Part shown: positions 21,450 through 35,231 of the stretch, piece by piece
Layout of the letters: each line of letters starts with the position of its first letter
How positions within the stretch are numbered: the stretch's first letter is position 1
Assembly: GCF_000143415.4 (NCBI RefSeq)
Contig: NW_003314263.1
Coordinates: 808,165-872,164 of the forward strand
Direction: 5' to 3'
Length of the DNA stretch: 64,000 nt
Origin: Selaginella moellendorffii
Taxonomy: Eukaryota > Plantae > Lycopodiophyta
The notes under the pieces: generated by a model
What the model was told of the DNA's origin: nothing
Seen by the model: the letters and a program-made list of their open reading frames with translations, nothing else
The model's database searches: none
Program-made: the position numbers and the translations under genes

Positions 21450-23700
21450 CAGCGAGAGTGGTTGTGGCCAAGAGCATCATTTTAGTACCACTTTTTGATC
21501 TAGCACATTCTTGAACACACTCCTAAATAGGTATGCATGATGGTATGTAAATTTGTGTGGCAAGGTATACTTGTTATAGGGAGAATCATGGTGAAAGTTG
21601 CCTAGCAATCCACAATACATTTGTGAGTCTTGGGAGGACTTGGAATTGTTAATCTGAGTGACATGGCAAAGGCACTATAGTACAAAATTCTCCCAATATG
21701 CCTTCAACTAGGTAATCAATTGTGAAGACTCATGTTTAGGCAAAGTCTACTAATGATCTGGCCTAGGCATTACATTGTGAGACAATGGGTGGAGGATTTG
21801 CATTGGCTTTTTGTTGAAGGGCCAAACAAGTGGTCAAGGGAGGCATATTGGTCCAAGTGATTTTGAGATTGTAGAGCAAGTTTCTAATTAATCAAGAGAT
21901 GCTAGGTGGGGCTGAAAATTGGCTGAACTAGCCTCTATTCTTTAACAATCTCTTCAAAGTAGATGGTAAGACATTAAGTAGGGAAGAGCACTACACCATA
22001 TAGAAAAAGCTACACTTGAGGTTTTCAAATTAATAGGGGTGTTGAACAAAGACATGAGGAAGACAACAAGGCATATGCAAGTCTTTAACCTAGGACAATG
22101 GAGGAAGGTTCACTTGGATCTTTTTTGCATCATCCAAGTAGTGAGCAAGGGAAAGAAAGGGAAACTTTGGCCAAGGCAATGTCTCAAACCTATAGATATT
22201 GTGGCTCTACAGCATGACATGGAATTGGATGGGGAACAAGTTAGACTAGGAGCTTGGACACAGGTATTTATGGCCCTAAGGAGGATGGCAATATGGAGGT
22301 GTGGTTTGTTGTGTCTCTAGAACATAATATTAATTGTCCCTTTTTGGTTGTGAGAGGCAATATATTGTTGTTGGCATGTCGATAGTGACAGATGATGAAG
22401 TCAAGGGGAGGATTCAAGTGGTAAGTGGTAGTTATTCAATTGATGGTCATGCTTGAGGGGGATGGCATACTCAACTAGTGGTGACAATAGTTGATTGAGC
22501 ATCTAGACTAGGATCCCTTAACATGGAAATGAATAGCAAAGAACTTCTTCTCATTTGAAGTCAATGAAGCACAAAATGGTCTCTTGACAAGTAAGGAGGA
22601 GGTCTATGGGGAAAACCCTAAGCTATGGAAGAAGTGGATTTAGCAAGGAGTCAAGGCAAACCAAGTGGTGAACAACATATTTACCTTCTGGAAACTACCA
22701 ATATAGGAGAAGGTTAAGACCACCTCTTGGTTGGTGGTGACCAATAGGCTACTAGTGGGATAGTGGTTTCAGGATGAAGCATGCTAACGGTGCAAAGAGT
22801 GTGGCAAACGAGTGTGGCATGTTCTGTGGGAATGTGATGTGGCGAAAGAGGTATGCAATAGATTCTCAAGATGACATAAGAATTAAAAGACATTCTAGAG
22901 TTCAAAGCTATTCTTTACTAGTTCAAAGGAGTAAGAGGTTTGGCTAATGGTCCAACTTGGAGATACATTCAGTGTTGAGGATGGCATGGATGAGGTATGT
23001 GAGTCTGGTGAGATATGACAAAAGCTAAAGTTGGCATGTTGGTTTGGGAAGTGATTGGCCATGAGTGTTGGGATAAAGAGTGACAAGAGTGCAAGCATTT
23101 TAGGAGGTGCATAATCACTATCATTTTGACAACATCTAAACAATAGTTTGATTGGTCATTGATCAAATGAAAGAAAGAGAGCGAGCTATGGATGTTTGAT
23201 AGTGTTATCTTTCTCTTCCTTTCGTGGTCTTTACACGGATGCTTCCAGAAATTATGTGGAGATCTTGCGGAGATGTGCCAAAATGCGGAATTGGTAGAGG
23301 GTGGCCTCGATTGTAGCCAGGATTGTGGAAACTTGCTGTGGCAGATGTATGCCAGGGGCGCTGTGGACGTTATTGCTAGGAGTGTACAAGGACTCCCAGA
23401 GGGGAGGATGAGTGGCACATTAGGTGTTTAAGCTGGATCTTGAGAGACTATATACATTGCTATGTTTGATATACAAGCTGCATGATCAAACTTGTCGTCC
23501 GGCAGTAGAAGTAAAACTCGCTAGTCGAGAGTTTCAAAACTCAAAAAGGTGGCCTCTACTTTTCATCCAAGCCGAGAATCATTCAGCAGTGATGGCAATA
23601 ACACTATTGTGCTGGAGGTCATCATTGAGACACCAAAACACTTTAGAACACCAGGAGGTGGTGTTTGGTGTTACGAAGGCAATAGATAAGGCCCAAGGGA
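21450..23700 (-). mobile_element. Decayed LINE-like remnant, probable target of the composite insertion
   Basis: Weak minus-strand RT-like words (HYLDD near 22130-22145, a PGPDG-like word near 22510). No intact ORF. Confidence 0.35.
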
Positions 23701-24219
23701 CTAAGTCCCTAGCAAATGATAGATAGAAGGTGTTATCTAAATGTCCAAAGTTGCAAAGATGAAAGAATATATGATAGTGGCCTTATGGTGGAGACTTATT
23801 CTTACAGCTATGCACTTCTATTATGGCATCTTAAAAGAATGGGTGAAACCCAGTTGACTTAGAGGGGTGGAGGAATAGATGGCTCCCATGTTTTGAAAGA
23901 GTGGACAACAATAGAATTTGCTAGCAGTAGCCCCTCCTTGACTCTGTTTTACATTTGGCTTGGAGGGGGGGGGGGGGGGCGAGATTTGGATATCGATATG
24001 ATTTGAAAGATCAGTTGAGATACAAGACAATCACATAAGTAGCTTGTTGAGAGGTTAGGATATCTAGTTTTATTATTAGTCCCATTGGAATATAAGGAAT
24101 ATACATGTTTATCTAGACCACTCACTCTTGTATATAAGCTAGAGTTTTGGGCTAATAGGATATACATATTTTTATATTTCATACACTTATAGTAATATTT
24201 TATATTTATATTCTTAATG

Positions 24220-24228
<9 letters not shown>

Positions 24229-24287
<59 letters not shown>
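24229..24287. repeat. (TA)n microsatellite
   Basis: Seen directly in the sequence. Confidence 0.97.
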
Positions 24288-24290
<3 letters not shown>

Positions 24291-24311
24291 ATAAGAAATC
24301 AAAAGCTTTTA

Positions 24312-25187
24312 TTATGGAAAATGTTTTAATACTTTATTATCATTTGAGCCAATTATATATACAAATCCATCATCATCCACAGATAGTATTGTTGATTTAC
24401 AACTTCGACAATTAATATCTATAAACCATATGTCTGCATCTTTATAATCTTTTATTACTAATTTTCTTGTCTCTAAAAGTAACCAGCAATCAATATCTTT
24501 GTTAGTGGTCGGACTTTCCCATAAAATATGCATTCTCTTCCATGTTAACACTAAATTACAATTTTTCTGAAGAGTTAATTCATAATATCCATTTGGAGAA
24601 ACTAGTGAATTCAACTTGAGTAAATAGGATCCTATCTCAAATTTTTCACCACTCGTAAGTGTAGACCTGTAAATCCAACAATTATTAACAGCTGTATTTA
24701 TATAAGTTTTATTATTATTCACCGCGATACTCATAGAGTTATATCTTCTAGCATTTAATAGTTTGTATTTTATACCAACATAATCCAAAGTAGCAGCTAT
24801 AAGACCATAATTTCCCACTCGAGCTTCTTTTAAGATATCAAATAAAAGCTGATTAAGTTTTCCAATAATTTCTTCTCCTGATGCCCCTATCCCTGTCTGT
24901 CTCCATGCCATATTACACATCCCATTAGGATTTTTACTGTATATCCATATGGTAATTTCAATAACTTTATTTGATAAAGAAAGAGTTTCAGTCCAAGTAA
25001 ATGCATTATAGTATTTATATGTTTCTTCGATTTTAGTATCCATCATATCCACTAAAAACTTTCCAATTTCATTAATATCACTTCTAGTAATAAAACCATA
25101 AAGTGTAAGAGCATCCCAATTTACATCTGCTTGAACAGTCAAATCTGCTAATTTGAGAATCACTAGTAGAACAATAGCTAGCTTCAT
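24312..25187 (-). CDS. Secreted protein with an unrecognised N-terminal domain and a C-terminal bulb-type lectin domain, ~291 aa, intronless, very AT-rich
   Basis: Signal peptide MKLAIVLLVILKLADLTVQA. The C-terminus (LVSPNGYYELTLQKNCNLVL..LWES..LVIKD..IW..LSVDDDGFVYI) fits the B-lectin repeat pattern. Confidence 0.7.
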   Translation of the reverse strand: MKLAIVLLVILKLADLTVQADVNWDALTLYGFITRSDINEIGKFLVDMMDTKIEETYKYYNAFTWTETLSLSNKVIEITIWIYSKNPNGMCNMAWRQTGIGASGEEIIGKLNQLLFDILKEARVGNYGLIAATLDYVGIKYKLLNARRYNSMSIAVNNNKTYINTAVNNCWIYRSTLTSGEKFEIGSYLLKLNSLVSPNGYYELTLQKNCNLVLTWKRMHILWESPTTNKDIDCWLLLETRKLVIKDYKDADIWFIDINCRSCKSTILSVDDDGFVYIIGSNDNKVLKHFP

Positions 25188-25352
25188 GGAAAAGACACAG
25201 AAATGTCCAAATAAAATTATCACCAGCTATTTTGTATCCATCAGAAATAATATTATAAATGTACTAAAAGCACTATTACAAGACTGTGAACCATTAGCTT
25301 CATATAGTGTATCGCGTGTCTTGCGGCTAATAAAACAATTTTCATAGGGAAA

Positions 25353-26990
25353 CTATGAAACTAACTTTAGTTTCTTCTTCCTTCGCTCATCAACTGTGTC
25401 GTCATAGCTGTCATTGGAGTGATCCGAGAAGGATGACAAGCTCTCGCCCGCACTCACGAATTCGACAAATGCCTCGGGATCAGTGACCTTGACCACCTCA
25501 GAGCTGATGCCCGATGAAGAATTGCAGCTCAGCATTGCATCTTCACTGGTGCTAGAAGAATAGCTTACGTTGCAGTTGTTCCTGGCGACCGAAACGTTCC
25601 TTAAGACCATGTTCATGGCTCAAGGAGGCGGCATGAGCACCCTAAAAGATTACCTACCTATGCTGTGGAGCAACATCTGTGTCTCTTGAGGCATCATCCC
25701 TGTCATCTCCTGGCCTAAAAGAATGAAACGAAGTGCTACTATAAATTTGAAAGCATGGAAAAAATACCTTGGACTTCTGTCTGTCCACTCATCATGTATG
25801 TATGCTTGTATAAAAGATTTTGAATTTGCACATGCCCACCACAGATCATAGGAGAAACTGATCCCTTGAGAGTCTCTACTTAAAAGTGGGGATTATTAAT
25901 GTAAAGCAGCGTGTCATATTACCCAGCAGCAAAGCACATGGCTACAATGCCCTGGGATTCTTAATTCCTCTCAGGAGTCACTTTCACAACAGCACACAAT
26001 GCTACTACTTGAGGAGGAGAAAAGGGAAAAAAGAAGAAAAAACCATGCACTCACAAACAACAAGAAGGAATGAATTTCAACAAGGAGTGAGATGGCGATG
26101 GTGATCCGAAATATTTCGGTGCTCGAGCTCTGCAATTACCAAAAGGAGGAGGAGGAGATTAGCGCCACCGCCGGCGCCCCCTACCCCGCGATCGCCGCCT
26201 TCGCCATTGCCATCGCGATCGCCCCGGCTGAGCCACGCCGTCAAGAATGCCGCATTGGCGGCCCGGGGCATGGACAAGCGCCTGGAGAGAAGATCGCCGC
26301 TGGTGCTCGAGAGGAACGACGATGCCGCCAGTACATGGATAGAAAGAGAATATTCGCAAATCAAACCACAAATCGTGTGAAATAAAAGGTTATATTGCTC
26401 ATCTAAAACGTGACAATACATTCACATCTGTGGCCAAGTTTTGAAGAACCTGTGCAGAATGCTCGCCAAACAACAGCGGATTCCTCTTCTTGGACTTGAG
26501 AAGGATCTCCAGCACCCGGCTCACGTCCACGGAGCTCTTGTTGCTGCTACCGCTCGAAGGGATGGTCATCCCCATGAGAACGCTGTTGAGCTGCTGGTGG
26601 TGTTGGTGGTGATCGGGAGCAATGCTTCTGCTACTGGAGATGGGGTGCAACTAGCAAGATTACTGCAATGGATCCCCATGGAGAGAATTTCATAGGCGCA
26701 GAGAGCTACACGATCGATCGATCGATGGAGTGGGCTCGCTAGAAATATTTTGCCTTCTCGAGTGACACCTGTCCAGGCGTCTTATGACGTGGACAACGTA
26801 CTTTTGCTTCCCTGCTCGCCACGTGGCAAAGCCATAAACCCTAATGGCGCTACGAGCGGCGGGATTCTCTCACGCTCGTTGCCAGGTCTGGATTTAGCTG
26901 CATTGCCACTGCGACTGCGAGTGGCTATGGAGCGAGATGCCATACTTGGAGCTTGTTCTTGGCCTCTGCTCCCGAGGGGCAATCCATGAC
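25353..26990 (-). pseudogene. Mosaic of gene fragments, including a SMAX1/D53-like (SMXL) piece
   Basis: DVSRVLEILLKSKKRNPLLFG (about 26460-26530) resembles the SMXL motif. The neighbouring GC-rich pieces are frameshifted and look unrelated. Confidence 0.45.
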
Positions 26991-28329
26991 AGCGGGTGTT
27001 GGTCGCTGCAGCAACTCAATAATTATTTGCTGTATAATAAATTCCTTTAATTAATCCTAAATTAGATAATTATATGTGTTTTAAATAATATAATTAATAA
27101 AAATAAGAAAATGATTAATATACTAAGTGAGACCTCCAAATGGTCTCACTTTAACAAAAATAGGCTTTCTTGTATGCTGATAAAAACAAAATTAATATAA
27201 AGTGTAAGGAAGAAAAATTTGTGAGTAGCAGTTGAGAAAATGGTTTATCCTGAAGTTTTTTTAAATTGTTTTTTGCAGTTGTAATTTATAATAGTCAGTA
27301 AATTTTTTTTATTGTTTAATAATTATATTTTGGTAGTGTTACAGTTGTGAGTGCTCAGGATATAGGAATAGGTATATTAATTAAACTTTAGACCCCTATT
27401 TATATACAACAATGGATGGACCAAATTCAATTTCAAATAAATGTTTTATATGCTTTAATACAAGTAATTAATGTATTACTTAGGTAAAATATTACCTAGG
27501 TAATATTTTACCTAACCTAGGCAAAATATTGAAGTTCCTCTATCATGCTTGAATATTTTAGGATATTTTACCATTTAACAGTTATTATTCATTTAAATTA
27601 ATTTATTAATTTTTATATTCATAATTTATAAACTTCTCTAAACACTTGAATTCTGGTTAATATGTAATAAGATTAATCCTGTGTTTATTATAAACTTCTA
27701 ATTGATCAATACTATTTTACACATTTTTAAACAAGATTTTTTAATCAAAAATTAAATGTAATTCTTTTCTTTACACCCATCTAATTGAGGGTTAGAGGAT
27801 GGGTAACTTAAAAAAATAGTTACAAGAAGTGATACTTATAACTGCACTCTCATATCCATAGAAGCTGAAGAAACAATCGGTGAAAATAGTCTTCATAAAT
27901 ACCCCATCCAAGATTTCTACACCAAGTGGGTGCAACAAATTTTCAATTTGATCTCCTAGAAGGACATTGTGCTTATGAGTGATTGAGAGATTCTGGGAAA
28001 GTGAGGATTCTTTTGATACTGTTCACTCTCTAGATGCTAGAGCAAGAGAGAGAAATTGAGTAAGAACGTGCAAACAACTTTATTTTCATAGATACTATCA
28101 GTTTAGTGGTTTAATTTGTGTTACTGTCTCAATATTAAGATTCACTGTGATTCTACTATATCTTTGATTTTTCATGAGTCTGTTTGTTGTTTTGGCATGG
28201 TGGAGTGCAAATCTCAACCAACTTCAACAACAACAATCTTTTATTCTTTTTCCTGAAGTTGGAGAATATTAGAGCTTATTATTTATATTGATAACTATAC
28301 ACAACTTAATATTGCTTTTATTACCAATT

Positions 28330-28520
28330 CCCTTCAACAATACCTATCATTCATTGGGAAGCTGCAAAACTAGTTCTTCGTTATCTTAAAGGTACTATCA
28401 ACCTTGACATAAGTTATACTACCTCTAAGAATTTTCTTGATGCTTGCTTATACTGATTCTGATTAGGCAGGTATTATTGTCACTCCACATTATCACTCCA
28501 AGTGGTAGTTGCTTCTTGAT
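28330..28520 (+). mobile_element. Ty1/copia RT-RNaseH remnant in AT-rich debris (27-29 kb)
   Basis: Translates as HWEAAKLVLRYLKGT ... AYTDSD*AG. Confidence 0.7.
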
Positions 28521-29059
28521 AATATCTCCAAATGTTTATATTGCATTGCTGCTAATCTTGTCTCCCAGGAAATCGGTGTCTCGTTTATATCATCTTCGTC
28601 ACCTGCTCAACTATTGTACAGTTTAGTTCTGTTGTTTAGCCAGAACATATGATTTCCAAGCTTGGATAGAAAGATGTGTCATTTCCTGGATGAGCATGCA
28701 GGATTCAAAGGAGTTAACTTGAAAACGATAATCATTTATTAATAAATTAATTCATAATTTAAATTCTATCATAAATATAAAATATTGATATCATTAATAA
28801 TTTTTTGAGATTTTAGTTTGATTTCTCAATCATAGATTCAAGATTCTCCGTATTTTTATGTGAATATGAGATAATTTTACAAAGGAAATTTAAATTTGAA
28901 AGATGACAACAAAGATAAATGGCAAGAAATTGTGAGCAACACAAACAAAAATATCATTTTTAATCATTCAAAGGTTATTCTTCATTTCACCACAAACATC
29001 ATTTTTATCCTTCCTCAATTCACCAACATTTTAATCTTTCAACTCACAAAAAATCATTC

Positions 29060-30480
29060 ACAATCTACTCCAAGTTTGAGGCTCGCTAAGTTTTGAACGG
29101 CGGACTATGATCAAGAGCTCGGGTGGCCAAGCCAGATCTAGTTTCCTGGAACACGTTGATATACGGCTATGTCGACCGGGTGGAGTTTCATCGTCGTGTT
29201 GCTCCATCCTGGCCCCAAGAGAAGTTAAGGTGAAGCGCCTGAAGAAAGGTATGACTATACACTCCCAGGCATGAAGGTTGGACGAATGGATTTGCCGCCG
29301 CCATCTCGGTCTACTCCAAGTGTGGGAAGAAGCTAGCAAAGCAGGTACGGAAGACGGTGGATTGCAGACGAAGTGACGTGGCTCGAGTTTCAGTAGCTGA
29401 CTCGCCATCTTTATCCTTGAAGTGTGAAAGCGTCGCAGACCAAGCTGCCTTAGCCATCCCTCTGGGGAGCCGGAGGGGGCTTTGCGTAGTCCCCCCCGGA
29501 CGACACCGACATCGTCGTCGGCCACCAGCCTTTCACCCGGTTCCTGCTAATGTTCCAGCCCAGCGCCGCCGAGGCCCGTGCAGCAGCGATGGGAGCCAAG
29601 CAGCGACCAGCTGCAAATCTTGGAGGATTTCTAAGCCAAAGCGACGCCGCCATCGCCGGAGAACATTGCCAAGATAGCCGAGCTCGTCGGCCAGGTCGAC
29701 CATTCCAAAGTGTACTAACAAGAAGTCCCGCGAGAAACGCAAGCGCCGCCGCCTTGAGGACGAGGCCAACGCCGCCTCCGGCGCATCCGCCTCTTTATCC
29801 CCTGCGTCCTCCGCCATCGCCACCACCGCCGCTCCGGTATATCACCTCGCTCGCCGCTTTAGAGGAAGAATGGATCATGTCTTTTCCTATCGGTCTTTCT
29901 CCTGGATCTTTATTTCTTCTGTCCTGATAGATAGAGAAGTCTCAGAGCGAGCAGCCGTAGCTTTGCTTTCTAGTCCATCCTTGTTCTAAAAACGGTGCCA
30001 TTTTTTTCTGTGCAGGGTTCAGTTGTACGCTGACCAGATCGTGAATGACGGTAGTTCTCTCCCAGGTAAGCTCCTTGGATAGTTTCCTTCACGAGCTCTT
30101 TCTTTCTTTTTTTTTTCTTTCTCTTGCCTGTTTGAGACCACCAACGTGACGCCGGAGCAGCCCCGAATCGTAAGTAAGACGAAGGAGGGATATGCCTGAC
30201 CATATTCTTTTTGTGTTTCTAGATTCCGTAGTACGAAGAAGAATTGCCGTTGCAAAGTCTCGGTTGGCAACCTGGACGAGCACTGGGAATTCTCATTCTT
30301 CAAAAGAATCGTTGATAATATCTTAACCAAATCAGTTTTATCTTTGATCAGATTTCTCGGGATTTGCAGGCGTTTGCTTGCACTACAGGGAATGGAACGC
30401 ACCGCTGAAAGCCAAAAATCATTCCGAGACAGTGTGTTTCATGAAGCACTTGGTGTCATTCGAATGTGAAGTTAAATTGT
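29060..30480 (+). pseudogene. PPR fragment + WOX-like pseudogene (module copy 2)
   Basis: Collinear with 4740-6780, including introns. Exon 1 is missing, there are frameshifts, and the WF codons of helix 3 are deleted (GTGTACTAACAAG). Confidence 0.8.
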
Positions 30481-31359
30481 TGCAAGAATGTCCGTGATGC
30501 ATAAAACAATATGGCAGCATAGCGTGCTCCCCTTCCTCGCGAATTCTTTCAAAAGCTTCGGTATCGCCCAAGATTGGACAATTCCGGTGACAGCCGCCAG
30601 CGATCAGGAAATTCCACGCCACAACGTCCTTCCAGTCACGCTGAATTGAAATTGAAGACATGCTGCGCCATTGTGGTTCTCGTTTAGCCCTTTTGCAGCC
30701 GTCCGATTTAGGGCAATCTGACGGCTGACATTCAAATGCAGTCTTCGATAAAATGAAGAGTATACCACCGCTCGAGGACAACTATATTTGTGTTTAATAG
30801 AGGCTTTTGACACAAGCAAAAAGAAAGACAATACCTATTGAAGTGCAGCAGCCGATTCTAAGAGCTCGTAAGTAACTTGCTTCTGATCATGTGTGCGGTG
30901 CATGCTCGACCAAGAGCGCTCTGAGAATAGCGCATAATACAAACGGCAGTCTAAACAACCTTCAACAAAACACCCAAAAATAATAATTCTAACCTCTGGG
31001 CTTTCACAAAAGATTTGCGGTTGACGACAAATCAAGTTGATGAACTTCCCGTTTCAGATATTCCTCTCGACTCGTTAGTTGAGTTCAAAGCATTTGGAAT
31101 CAATTGCAGAATTTTCCTGGAATACATTCTGTCCAACTAGAGCATGGTCGGAAGCACTTGATTGCCTTGATAACAATTTAAGCTCACACCAAGGTCAAGA
31201 GGAGATTTATATTGAATAATATACCACTGCATGATGAAGGAATGCTGTCTCCCTAGTCAGCGGTGCCTGGCTACATCTTCGGCCAGGAAGCATGAAAAGA
31301 GGGAACTCACTGGCCAGAGAAGCCCAGTGTCGATTGAAGATCAAAAAACACACGATCGC

Positions 31360-32182
31360 ATGAAGAATTGCAGGGTTGATCCTCCAGCTGCGAGGCGCGT
31401 TCTTCGTGCGCCAAAAGTTCCTAGGAACAAACAGAAGAAGTAAAAAAACAGACGAGAGGATATTATGCACCGTAAGGCATATCCAACCTTACCAGAGTCT
31501 CCGGCGTCCCGCCGCGCTGGTTGCTGGGAACCATTTCGGAGAGCGTCGCGCCATCGTCAAATGAGGCCAGGAAATCGAGGGTTCGATGGGCAGCAGCATA
31601 GACTGCCCGCCGGACCCTGCACAGAAACACGTTGGATTGAAAGAAAAGAAAGAAAGCAAAGATCGTCTTGCCCAGTCCTCTTTTTTTTTCCTTGTCGCAT
31701 CCGGGATTGAAGATATGATCCATTCTTCTTCAAGAAAAGTGTAGGAGGATGAAGCGACGGCGGTGGCGATGGCGGAGGCCGCGGGGAAGGAAGAGGCGGA
31801 GTTGGCATCGCGGCAGCGCTTGGCCCTCTTGTTTACGAACCAGTAGTATACTTTCACTTTCAGGCAATCGTCGGACGAGCGCCGCTATCTCGACGATTTC
31901 CTCGAGCGATGGGCGCGTCTCTATCGCGCAGCTGCTCGCTGTTAGGCCGCTATCACTGCGCACGCTGCACGGGCCTCCTCGGCGCTGGAACAGAGAAGAT
32001 TTCGGTGTTTGTCCTGCAATCTGCGGCAGAACGATTCTATGTCAGTGCTTGCAAGAAGCACAACGGAAAAATTTTAAAAAAAACCGAGAGCGGGAGAGAA
32101 CGATACTTCTGTGGATGCTGCGATCGCGCTCCACATGATCAGATTCAGACGATACCGGCGATGAAACCTCGCGCCGCCTCAT
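31360..32182 (-). pseudogene. Divergent inverted WOX-like pseudogene (copy 3)
   Basis: KVYYWFVNKRAKR is retained. The RW codons have mutated to TGA TAG and there are deletions. Confidence 0.72.
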
Positions 32183-33059
32183 TCGATAAATAGAAAAAAA
32201 ATGCACTATACAAATGCTTCTGTAAATTGTAAATGTCTGAGTTTATCGGGAAAATACATACGTTACGTATTAGTATATGTAGGCCGGCGCATCCCAAAGC
32301 AAGTAAACATCGTTGACGCAAGTGATGTCCTCGACAACAAATATCAGGTGGAAACACAATAAGGACATGCTGGATCTTTTTTTGTGCCATTTCTCCAGCT
32401 CTTATGCAATCTCTCCTCTTTTTTTTTTTTTGAGTTGTTCTTTGCTGTTAATTAATCCCCTGATCTCTAGATAAAATACCGAGGTGCAAGCAGCAGGGAT
32501 CCACAGGCATTGTCCATGTCTGATCAGATTATTATGATATGTTAACTTTTTATGCTTAAGTTATAATTTTCAACTATTTTCTATCAATAAATAGGTTTAG
32601 AACAATTGTGAGTGCATGGAATGGCCCTCACACAATAAATTTTAGTTGAAAATAGAGTTTTCTTTTTAAGAGTATTTTATAAAATTTGAAATTTTCATAT
32701 GTGTTATTAGGTAGCATTGCAATTTGCAACTATTAAATTAAAACTAAAGTGTATGTTGCAACATTTCTAGCCATAAATTTCAAAATGATATATATGAACT
32801 AAATTATTAGTTGGAATATATAATATGCCTACTTATAACTCATAATTTCATAATGAAAGATTTTGTTTAGTCACAAATGTTTTCTTTCTCACTGTTTTAT
32901 GTATGAGAGTTTATCTTCGTCATATGTATCTTGATCTATATAACTTCTATATTACACAAGTAAAATTTAGAAAATCATGATGGGAATATCCAAAGTTCTT
33001 TGAAGGATCATTTTAATTATTATGTCAATCAAATTCGAGAGTGTTCGTGGTGCACAACT

Positions 33060-33550
33060 TGATCACAATGTACTCCAAGCTTAAGGCTCGCCAAGCTTCA
33101 ACAGGCACGCCACGATCAAGAGCTTGGCAAAGCTAGATTTAGTTTCCTGGAACGCGTTGATCTCCAGCAATGAGGTTGCCTTAGAACTCTTGGTCGTCGC
33201 GTTGCTCCAACTTGGCCTCGATAAAGGTGAAGCGCTTGAAGAAAGGTACACTCCCAGGCCTTTGACAGGATGGTGGCCAAGAGCATGGACGAGCTGGATC
33301 CGGATATGCGGAGAATGGCCAGGCCGAGGTGGGCTTCGTGGCTGCGCTCACCCTCGGCCTTGGCATCCACAGAAGCTGGAGAAACGATCGGTCTCGCTGG
33401 AGAGTTGCCGGGCTCTCCACTCTCGGGCTCGGAGCTCCGGCGTAAAGCTGGAGGACGATGGATTCGCTGCCAACGCCACTCCAAGTGTGGGAAGAAGCTC
33501 GCACGGAAGACGGTGCTTACGGGTGGCCGACGTGACGTGGCTCGACTTTA
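33060..33550 (+). pseudogene. PPR fragment (module copy)
   Basis: LITMYSK, KLDLVSWNALISS; close match to 4740-5080. Confidence 0.65.
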
Positions 33551-35231
33551 AGTAACTTCGCAACTCCTCTGGGGCTTTGCGTAGTTTCCTCTTCGTCATC
33601 GGCCACCAGCCCCCGCTGAAGAACGCTGCCTAGCTGAGCCTGTGCTTGCGCCGGATCGTGGCCATCACTTGTCTCGTTCCGGGGAGTGGAGGCGGCATTG
33701 CGTTAGAGCGCTCATTCGCCGCAAGGATGGACATCATTGCCGGACGCGTTGGTATTCCCTTGAGCGACGTCTTGCGTGAGTGAGGCCTCTCTTTTCCTTT
33801 TTGGTGATAAAACTAGTCACGGATTGATCCAAGGCTCATATGTATTTGGCTGATGTATGTGACGTGCTCTGCGCTCACTCTGTGGTAAGCTCGTTTCCAC
33901 TACTCGTTGACGGCTTCTTATACTTTGTATGCGTTTTATTGCAGGTATTGAAGGTTGCTTGCACTCTGTAGCGAGAGCATTCATATGAACATAGCCTTCT
34001 CAGATCTTCACTCCTTGCTCGTCTTGTTGACAGGTTTGCTCTTCATTACACTCACTGGTAGATTTCATAACCTCTTCAGAGAAGAGCACTTTGCCTATCC
34101 TCACGACGATATGGACGAGAAGCGGCTCGGGGCACTGGCAGGGGCAAGCTTTTCTTTGGCCTGGAGCGGAACTGGTGGACCGGGTTTCGTCATGCGTTAC
34201 CTCTGCAAGAGCCCAGAGATGGCGGACAGGATCATTGCCTGGGACGTCCCTCTGAAGCGGTTTCCTGTTTCTTTCGTGGCTCTGGATCGATTGTTACTCC
34301 TGCAGATGCAAGGTTGTACCAGACAAGAAAGGAGAGAGAGGGTTTGTGCAAGGTGCTAACAAAGAAGCTTGTGAGGATGACGACTTATCTAACAATGCAG
34401 GATGATCTTCAAGAAACTCCGAGGTTCGCCTGTTTTGGCAACCGACGACGACAATGGGGAGGAGCTGACGCAGTCCTGAGTGGGTTGCCGAGACCATCTT
34501 TGTTCTGGCCTATCTTCTCACGGACCAGATCCTTGCTGACAAGCTCGTCTTCCCGGGAGAGAAACTGAGCCACGTTGTGGCAGGGGCCAGAGGTACGTTC
34601 TCGTAATTTTGCATGTCTTCTAATTTGGTGACGGACTGTGTAGCAAAACCAGGAGTATTCGAAAGAGCCGACTTCGAAAGATGGCTGCAAGCGGGCATTC
34701 CCGAGTGGCACGAGCTGTGCGAGGCCTGCGTTGGGAAGCCTGTCTAAGCCAGCACCGAGTTTGTGCTTGGACCCGGGGGACAGCAGACTTCCAGACCAGG
34801 AACGATGTGCTCGCAGGCAGGCGCTTGAAGAGGCACAATTTTTCGGAGAGAAGTGGCTCGAGTCGTGTGGGAGGCGATGGTATAGCAGTCGTGATCGTCT
34901 TCCGCACAGCGAACCAAAGTGGCTGGTGTGGACGACGGAGGATGGGTACATTTGAAGATGGCGGTCCCTGCGATTACAACGTCAAGCGAATTGTCAATTT
35001 TACTGGATTGGACCGCCTGTAGGCGGGCCGTAAGCGTTCATTTGTGCGTGTTTACTGGCGCGTCCCAAAGTAAGTAAAACTGGTTGACGCGATGTCCTCA
35101 CCATCAAATATCAGGTGGAAACACAATAACAAGGACACGTCTTTCTAGATCTTTCTCTTTGCCATTTCTCCAGCTCCCCTCTCTTTTCTTTCTTTCTTCG
35201 CTGTTGATCGATCCCCGTATCTCCAGATAGA

